Origin: Eledone cirrhosa
Taxonomy: Eukaryota
Length of the DNA: 38,259 nucleotides
NCBI GenBank assembly: GCA_964016885.1
Contig: CAXHJY010000520.1
Location: 1 to 38,259 of the forward strand
Direction: 5' to 3'
The notes beneath the pieces are model-generated. The model searched no databases. It was given only the letters and a program-made list of their open reading frames with translations, and was not told the DNA's origin. The translations under genes were made by a program, and so were the position numbers. Below are positions 31,605-38,259 of the stretch, in pieces (positions within the stretch are counted from its first letter, which is position 1; every line of letters starts with the position of its first letter).

Positions 31605-32035
31605 CCATACATAATTTCCCTTCGTTAATTTTCAAATTCCTTTAATTTATACATTATCTTCCAACGGTTCCCAACCTCTCTATATTAAAACATTATATCT
31701 TTTTCTCAGTTATAAAAACTATCTCTTTCTCTCTATCACCCATCTCTCCCTTTCCACCTTCACTCTCATCTCCTCCCCTTTTTTTCATCCTTTCCACCCC
31801 CACCCCTCCCTAAATATAATATATTTTTTTCCTCGCACATATCCTCCCTTCGTTAATTTTCAAAAATTTTTAATTTATACAGTATCTTCCAACGGCTTTC
31901 AACCCCTCTATATAAAATATATCTCCTCTCTGTTATAAAAACTATCTCTTTCTCTCTATCACCCATCTCTCCCTCTCATCTCCTTCCCTTTTCATCCTTT
32001 TCTCTCCCCCCCCTCTCTAAATAAAATATTTTTCC
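31605..32035 (+). repeat. ~228-bp imperfect tandem duplication in the PLE 3' UTR
   Basis: CCCTTCGTTAATTTTCAAA at 31618 and 31846; GTTATAAAAACTATCTCTTTCTCTCTATCACCCATCTCTCCCT also occurs twice. Confidence 0.85.
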
Positions 32036-32132
32036 CAATATCACACATCAATCTAAAACAACTTTTCATATGTTGATTTAAAACTGCACTATCAACAAGT
32101 GTTTTTTTTTTAGCCGTCATATCATGTTCTCC

Positions 32133-32203
32133 TGTTTTATCTGATGAAAACACAAATATTATTGTTTGATGATGTTTGTTTTTGAAATGCGCATAATAAA
32201 ATA
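32133..32203 (+). ncRNA. Type I hammerhead ribozyme at the 3' end of the PLE
   Basis: TGTTTTAT-CTGATGA-[ACAAATATTAT/ATGATGTTTGT stem II]-GAAA-TGCGCA-TA-ATAAAATA. Palindromic stem III ATGCGCAT; predicted AUA cleavage after 32195. Confidence 0.88.
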
Positions 32204-32315
32204 TATTGAACTCCTTTAACCATCTTTTGATCTTATATTATATATATATATATATATATAAAAATATATATATATTGAAATACTTAGCTAAAACACACAC
32301 ACACTCAAAACTAGA

Positions 32316-33461
32316 ATGGCTAACCAGCAAAAATCCAAACAGAACTGGTCTGATAATGAAATCGACATTCTAATAAACACATGGCATTGCCTTTCCCAAA
32401 CAGAAAATATAGATGCTTCATCTCTGAACGACATTGCTAAACGTACAGTTCAATTTTTGAAAACTCGATCTGAACAACAGATTCAAAATAAATTAAAGCA
32501 AATCGAAATTGCTTTTAAATTAATCAATAAACATTTGGATAAACTACGGTGTGTTTTCTCTTCGAATGCTGTCCAGCAGCAGCAACAACAACAACAGCAG
32601 CTACAACAGCAACAACAACATCAACAACAGCTACAACAACAACATCAACAACAGCAACAACAACGACAACAACAGTGTGAACCACTCCTTGATTCATCAA
32701 CAATGGCCGATCTACTAAATGAAACTATTGACCCCCCAGTAGCCTCTGTCTCACAGCATGAAACGCCACATCCTTTCTCTGGCCCAGCAGTCCAATCATC
32801 ACCACTGCCAACATCTCTGCCTACTACTACTACTACAACATTTTTGTCTACTGCTATGTCAAGGAATTTACCTTCTAATACCAGAACAAGAACTCTCCCT
32901 CCCACAGTCCACAAAGGTCGTCAAATCCTACCCAAACAATCATCTACACCTCTCACAACACCCACACCCACATACCCACCCACTCGAAACCCCATCATTT
33001 GCCGCTACTCTCTACGCTATAGAATATGTACGGATAGTGGCTGCAAATTCACCCATTTACCTAGGACAAAACGATCTATCCCCACAAACAGCCACCACCA
33101 TAATACATACTCTAATTTAACACCAACACAACCACCAATAACTCAAACAAGGAATCCACAAATCTACCGTTTTTCCCTGCGAGACAGATTGTGTTTAGAC
33201 CGGGATTGTCCCTTTACCCATCTCCCGGGGACCCGTCGGATAAATGAAAATAAAATTGAAAATAAAAGCAAAAACAAAAACCATAACCTACATAAAAATA
33301 ACCACTACCACAGTCACCAACAGTCTTCTAAACAGGAAACTTCTTCCTCTTTTTTAGCCATAATGAATCTGGCAAAAGAACTGGAAAAAAACATTCGAGC
33401 TATCACCCAGCACCACCCTCCACTATCACCCCACTGCACAAACTCCCATTGCTGCCATTAA
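32316..33461 (+). CDS. LINE ORF1: Myb/SANT-like N-terminus, polyQ, S/T/P linker, two CCCH-like fingers
   Basis: WSDNEIDILINTW...RSEQQIQNKLKQI; CRYSLRYRICTDSGCKFTH and YRFSLRDRLCLDRDCPFTH; lies directly upstream of the APE-RT ORF. Confidence 0.75.
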   Translation: MANQQKSKQNWSDNEIDILINTWHCLSQTENIDASSLNDIAKRTVQFLKTRSEQQIQNKLKQIEIAFKLINKHLDKLRCVFSSNAVQQQQQQQQQLQQQQQHQQQLQQQHQQQQQQRQQQCEPLLDSSTMADLLNETIDPPVASVSQHETPHPFSGPAVQSSPLPTSLPTTTTTTFLSTAMSRNLPSNTRTRTLPPTVHKGRQILPKQSSTPLTTPTPTYPPTRNPIICRYSLRYRICTDSGCKFTHLPRTKRSIPTNSHHHNTYSNLTPTQPPITQTRNPQIYRFSLRDRLCLDRDCPFTHLPGTRRINENKIENKSKNKNHNLHKNNHYHSHQQSSKQETSSSFLAIMNLAKELEKNIRAITQHHPPLSPHCTNSHCCH

Positions 33462-36025
33462 CAAACAAACAAATTAACAACACACCAAAACAATTAAAAC
33501 CATCCACTCTCGCCTCTACATTTTTGCTTAACGCCCAAGGCATCAGCCCTTCCACCAGTACTCAAAAATGGAAGATCAAATTCCTGGAGGACTGGATTGA
33601 TGTCCATCCAAACCACATCCCTTTCTTCGTCCTCACTGAAACCCATCTCAGTAACCTCCACTTGGAAGCCGAGGTGAAAGTGAAAAATTTCAAAGCCATC
33701 CGTGCTGATCGCGCTGGCAGAAGAAAGGGCGGAACTGCCATTTATGTCCATAATTCTTTCTCAACAGAGGCTATGAACATATTCACTAATGGATACTGTG
33801 AGGCAGTCACTGTATTCAGTCAAACCAACAACCTATTAGTAGTTGGGCTCTATAGGCCACCCCAAACGCCTGTACCATGCTTCAAGGAATGCCTCAACAG
33901 CATAAAGTGTTTCATCCAAGAGTGTCACCCTGACAACATCTTAATGATGGGGGACTTCAACCTCCCCGGAGTTGACTGGTCCACAAACACCCTGCCACCA
34001 GGTTCTTCTGCCTCAACCTCTGACAGGGAAGCTGTGGAATCACTTCTTGACTTCATGGATGATTTCTTCCTATCCCAACTAGTGCTCGAACCAACGAGGT
34101 GCCACAAAAACGTCCTAGACTTAATTTTCAGCAATCACACTGACAATATCCACAATATTGCAGTGGAGAAAACTCTACTCTCTGATCATGACATGGTTCT
34201 CTGTGATTTGAGATTCCACCGTCCAATATACAAACCCAATGTCATCTCTCCTGTCCATCCGTTTGACGCTATGGATTTCCACAATGCCAACTGGGAAGCG
34301 ATCAGTCATGATCTTGCACATGTCGACTGGTCCTTCACGCACACTCATACACCCACTAACATCAAAAAGTCCTGGCAGACATTTGTGGACACTGTTACAA
34401 ACATATGTGCTAAACACACCCCATTAAGAACTATAAACAAATCTAAGAGCAGAATCCCTAGAAATAGAAAAACGCTCATCAGAAAAATTAAGAGAACGAA
34501 CAAAAAAATCAACAAGTTGAAATACTGTCAGCAGCAACACATCAACTTGACTGCCATTTCATCACTAGAGATTAAAAAACATAACCTCCAAAACAACATA
34601 ATGTCCCTCATCAACAATCAGAGAAGAGCTGAAGAGGCCTGGGCCATTGAGAAGATCAAACTCAATCCCAAAGTGTTCTTTTCATTTGCAAAAAAACACA
34701 AAATCACTGGCTCTACTGTTGGCCCTCTAATTGATGAAAATGGCACTCTTCAAGACAATGCTAAAACCATGGGTGAGATACTGCAGAAACAATACTGCTC
34801 TGTTTTCAGCAATCCTGATATGGCCGATCTGGGCTGTATCGGCGATGTTACTCCCCATTACACCTTATCGGACATAACGTTTGGCGCCCCTGATGTCTTG
34901 GCGGCAATAAAGGAAATCAAGCATAATTCAGCAGTAGGTCCCGATAGGTTCCCTGCTTGTGTCCTGAAGGCATGTCAACACCAACTTGCTTCTCCTCTTG
35001 CCAATCTGTGGCGGAACTCACTGGATGCTGGATATGTGCCAGAAAACCTTCTATCCCAGTCTGTTGTCCCAGTTTTCAAAAAGGGAAACAAATCCCTTGC
35101 CGTGAATTACCGTCCAATCTCACTCACCTCTCATATCATTAAGGTATTTGAGCGAGTGGTGAGATCGCGAATGACCCACTTCCTTGAGAGTAATAATATG
35201 CTGAACTCCAACCAGCATGGATTCCGTAATGGAAGGGATTGCCTGACGCAACTACTGCATCACTTTGATGACATTTTGAGAGCCTTGGGAGAGGGTTCCA
35301 ACACTGATGTTATCTACCTTGATTTCAGCAAGGCCTTTGACAGGGTTGATCATAACATTCTACTGAGAAAGCTGTCCAATATTGGTGTCACTGGAAAGCT
35401 GCTGCAGTGGATCAAGAGCTTCCTGTCAAACAGAACCCAAAATGTTGTAGTTGAGGGAGTCAAATCAAGCCCAGCCAAAGTCAGTAGTGGAGTCCCACAA
35501 GGCACTGTGTTGGGCCCACTTCTCTTCATCATCTATATTAATGACATCATCAAACACAGCAACATTAAAATTTTCGCTGATGATTCCAAGCTCCAAAAGG
35601 TCATCAATGGCGTGGATGACCGGATAAGCCTTCAGTCAGACCTACTGGTTGTTACCCAATGGGCAGAAAAGAACAACATGTTACTGAACGAGGACAAATT
35701 CGAACTGATCCACTTTGGAAAAGAGGATGCTCTGAAACTCCCGTACTCCCTTCCCTCCGGGGAAACTCTCGTGGCATCTAACAACATCAGAGACTTGGGA
35801 GTAACCGTGGACAGCAACATAAGCTGGACCACGCATATAAGCAGCAAAGTTGACATGGCCCGCAGAATGTGTTCCTGGATCCTCAGAACCTTCCAGTCGA
35901 GAGATTCCCGCACCATTATCCTTCTCTTCTCTACTTTCGTTTTCATTTTGTTTCAATTTATCGTTTTCGGTATGCCTGACCGATTTAACTCACTCAATAT
36001 GCAAATTAGGCTGCTCAGCCGTTAA
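33449..36025 (+). CDS. CR1/L2-group LINE ORF2 (APE endonuclease + RT); native sequence ends at ~35940 and the remainder is read-through into the 472-bp array
   Basis: APE motifs LLNAQG, LTETHL, KGGTAIYV, LYRPP, MGDFN, LDLIF, SDH. RT motifs NYRPISLTS, QHGFR, YLDFSKAFDRVDH, GVPQGTVLGPLLF, FADDSK. The annotated start is TTG; the frame is open from 33332. Confidence 0.95.
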   Translation: MLPLTNKQINNTPKQLKPSTLASTFLLNAQGISPSTSTQKWKIKFLEDWIDVHPNHIPFFVLTETHLSNLHLEAEVKVKNFKAIRADRAGRRKGGTAIYVHNSFSTEAMNIFTNGYCEAVTVFSQTNNLLVVGLYRPPQTPVPCFKECLNSIKCFIQECHPDNILMMGDFNLPGVDWSTNTLPPGSSASTSDREAVESLLDFMDDFFLSQLVLEPTRCHKNVLDLIFSNHTDNIHNIAVEKTLLSDHDMVLCDLRFHRPIYKPNVISPVHPFDAMDFHNANWEAISHDLAHVDWSFTHTHTPTNIKKSWQTFVDTVTNICAKHTPLRTINKSKSRIPRNRKTLIRKIKRTNKKINKLKYCQQQHINLTAISSLEIKKHNLQNNIMSLINNQRRAEEAWAIEKIKLNPKVFFSFAKKHKITGSTVGPLIDENGTLQDNAKTMGEILQKQYCSVFSNPDMADLGCIGDVTPHYTLSDITFGAPDVLAAIKEIKHNSAVGPDRFPACVLKACQHQLASPLANLWRNSLDAGYVPENLLSQSVVPVFKKGNKSLAVNYRPISLTSHIIKVFERVVRSRMTHFLESNNMLNSNQHGFRNGRDCLTQLLHHFDDILRALGEGSNTDVIYLDFSKAFDRVDHNILLRKLSNIGVTGKLLQWIKSFLSNRTQNVVVEGVKSSPAKVSSGVPQGTVLGPLLFIIYINDIIKHSNIKIFADDSKLQKVINGVDDRISLQSDLLVVTQWAEKNNMLLNEDKFELIHFGKEDALKLPYSLPSGETLVASNNIRDLGVTVDSNISWTTHISSKVDMARRMCSWILRTFQSRDSRTIILLFSTFVFILFQFIVFGMPDRFNSLNMQIRLLSR

Positions 36026-36079
36026 TTTTCATAAGGAAAGTATATACTTTCGAACGTTCAACTATCTGGCAGATGGGTA

Positions 36080-36124
36080 AACGGTGCTGATGATAGCTAA
36101 CAAGCTTGAAACTAGTACATCGTT
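36080..36124 (+). ncRNA. Minimal type I hammerhead ribozyme, unit 1
   Basis: AACGGTG-CTGATGA-TAGCT aaca AGCTT-GAAA-CTAG-TA-CATCGTT. Palindromic stem III ACTAGT; predicted GUA cleavage after 36117. Confidence 0.9.
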
Positions 36125-36551
36125 CCTGTGTCAGTGTTGAACAAAAAGGTGACGTGGTTGCCTTAACACCGTATGGCATAAATTCAGGCTGTTCAGTTTG
36201 TTTACAAACGAACAAAGCGACGTTATAATAAGCGCCGCTAAACTGATACGTGCATATATGTATGTGTACCTGTATGCATATGTATGTATATGTGTATATA
36301 TATATATATATGTGCATGCTACTGTACGTCTGTATACATATGTGTATGTACGTATACATGCATACTTACATTTAAGTAAGTGCCATACTAAGAGTGAGAA
36401 ATGAAATTTCGTTTTCATTTTGTTTCAATTTATCGTTTTCGGTATGCCTGACCGATTTAACTCACTCAATATGCAAATTAGGCTGCTCAGCCGTTAATTT
36501 TCATAAGGAAAGTATATACTTTCGAACGTTCAACTATCTGGCAGATGGGTA

Positions 36552-36596
36552 AACGGTGCTGATGATAGCTAACAAGCTTGAAACTAGTACATCGTT
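36552..36596 (+). ncRNA. Minimal type I hammerhead ribozyme, unit 2
   Basis: Identical to unit 1; predicted cleavage after 36589. Confidence 0.9.
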
Positions 36597-37023
36597 CCTG
36601 TGTCAGTGTTGAACAAAAAGGTGACGTGGTTGCCTTAACACCGTATGGCATAAATTCAGGCTGTTCAGTTTGTTTACAAACGAACAAAGCGACGTTATAA
36701 TAAGCGCCGCTAAACTGATACGTGCATATATGTATGTGTACCTGTATGCATATGTATGTATATGTGTATATATATATATATATGTGCATGCTACTGTACG
36801 TCTGTATACATATGTGTATGTACGTATACATGCATACTTACATTTAAGTAAGTGCCATACTAAGAGTGAGAAATGAAATTTCGTTTTCATTTTGTTTCAA
36901 TTTATCGTTTTCGGTATGCCTGACCGATTTAACTCACTCAATATGCAAATTAGGCTGCTCAGCCGTTAATTTTCATAAGGAAAGTATATACTTTCGAACG
37001 TTCAACTATCTGGCAGATGGGTA

Positions 37024-37068
37024 AACGGTGCTGATGATAGCTAACAAGCTTGAAACTAGTACATCGTT
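37024..37068 (+). ncRNA. Minimal type I hammerhead ribozyme, unit 3
   Basis: Identical to unit 1; predicted cleavage after 37061. Confidence 0.9.
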
Positions 37069-37495
37069 CCTGTGTCAGTGTTGAACAAAAAGGTGACGTG
37101 GTTGCCTTAACACCGTATGGCATAAATTCAGGCTGTTCAGTTTGTTTACAAACGAACAAAGCGACGTTATAATAAGCGCCGCTAAACTGATACGTGCATA
37201 TATGTATGTGTACCTGTATGCATATGTATGTATATGTGTATATATATATATATATGTGCATGCTACTGTACGTCTGTATACATATGTGTATGTACGTATA
37301 CATGCATACTTACATTTAAGTAAGTGCCATACTAAGAGTGAGAAATGAAATTTCGTTTTCATTTTGTTTCAATTTATCGTTTTCGGTATGCCTGACCGAT
37401 TTAACTCACTCAATATGCAAATTAGGCTGCTCAGCCGTTAATTTTCATAAGGAAAGTATATACTTTCGAACGTTCAACTATCTGGCAGATGGGTA

Positions 37496-37540
37496 AACGG
37501 TGCTGATGATAGCTAACAAGCTTGAAACTAGTACATCGTT
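37496..37540 (+). ncRNA. Minimal type I hammerhead ribozyme, unit 4
   Basis: Identical to unit 1; predicted cleavage after 37533. Confidence 0.9.
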
Positions 37541-37849
37541 CCTGTGTCAGTGTTGAACAAAAAGGTGACGTGGTTGCCTTAACACCGTATGGCATAAATT
37601 CAGGCTGTTCAGTTTGTTTACAAACGAACAAAGCGACGTTATAATAAGCGCCGCTAAACTGATACGTGCATATATGTATGTGTACCTGTATGCATATGTA
37701 TGTATATGTGTATATATATATATATATGTGCATGCTACTGTACGTCTGTATACATATGTGTATGTACGTATACATGTATACTTACATTTAAGTAAGTGCC
37801 ATACTAAGAGTGAGAAATGAAATTTCGTTTTCATTTTGTTTCAATTTAT

Positions 37850-38259
<410 letters not shown>

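Larger units (their letters stand above)
35935..37849 (+). mobile_element. 472-bp tandem array (4 units + 27 bp) with one hammerhead per unit; retrozyme-like
   Basis: Units start at 35935, 36407, 36879, 37351 and 37823; the ORF track repeats with the same 472-bp period. Only one substitution seen (37776). Confidence 0.9.

Noticed and set aside
36015-37834. Repeated 114-, 95- and 68-aa ORFs in the 472-bp array
   Set aside because: Low complexity, GTG/TTG or TA-derived starts, no recognisable motif; the unit is better explained as structured RNA.
35935-37849. CRISPR array or rDNA/5S-type repeat
   Set aside because: No unique spacers, no rRNA or tRNA similarity seen, and the context is eukaryotic.

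Overview
Eukaryotic (animal, probably cephalopod/octopus-like; inference), extremely AT-rich and gene-poor DNA. More than half is degenerate (TA)n microsatellite, and the many I/Y-rich ORFs in the track are translation artefacts of it. The TA tracts are interrupted by a dense set of mobile elements: two Penelope-like elements (PLEs; one with an uninterrupted 582-codon RT/GIY-YIG frame), two CR1/L2-group LINEs, about nine short PLE terminal-repeat relics (several as inverted hairpins), a tRNA-derived SINE, a Tc1/mariner end, a probable non-autonomous Helitron and a probable RTE-type 5' end. The main unannotated signal is RNA structure. Folding by eye finds about 13 complete or near-complete type I hammerhead ribozymes (CUGANGA...GAAA...NUH, mostly with palindromic stem III). 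Four lie in a near-perfect 472-bp tandem array (35935-37849) whose monomer is extensively self-complementary: a retrozyme-like, potentially circular-RNA-producing element next to its likely PLE helpers. Both two-ORF retroelements also carry an in-phase U_UUU_UUA -1 frameshift heptamer at the ORF1/ORF2 junction. All structures were derived manually and none has been computed or tested.
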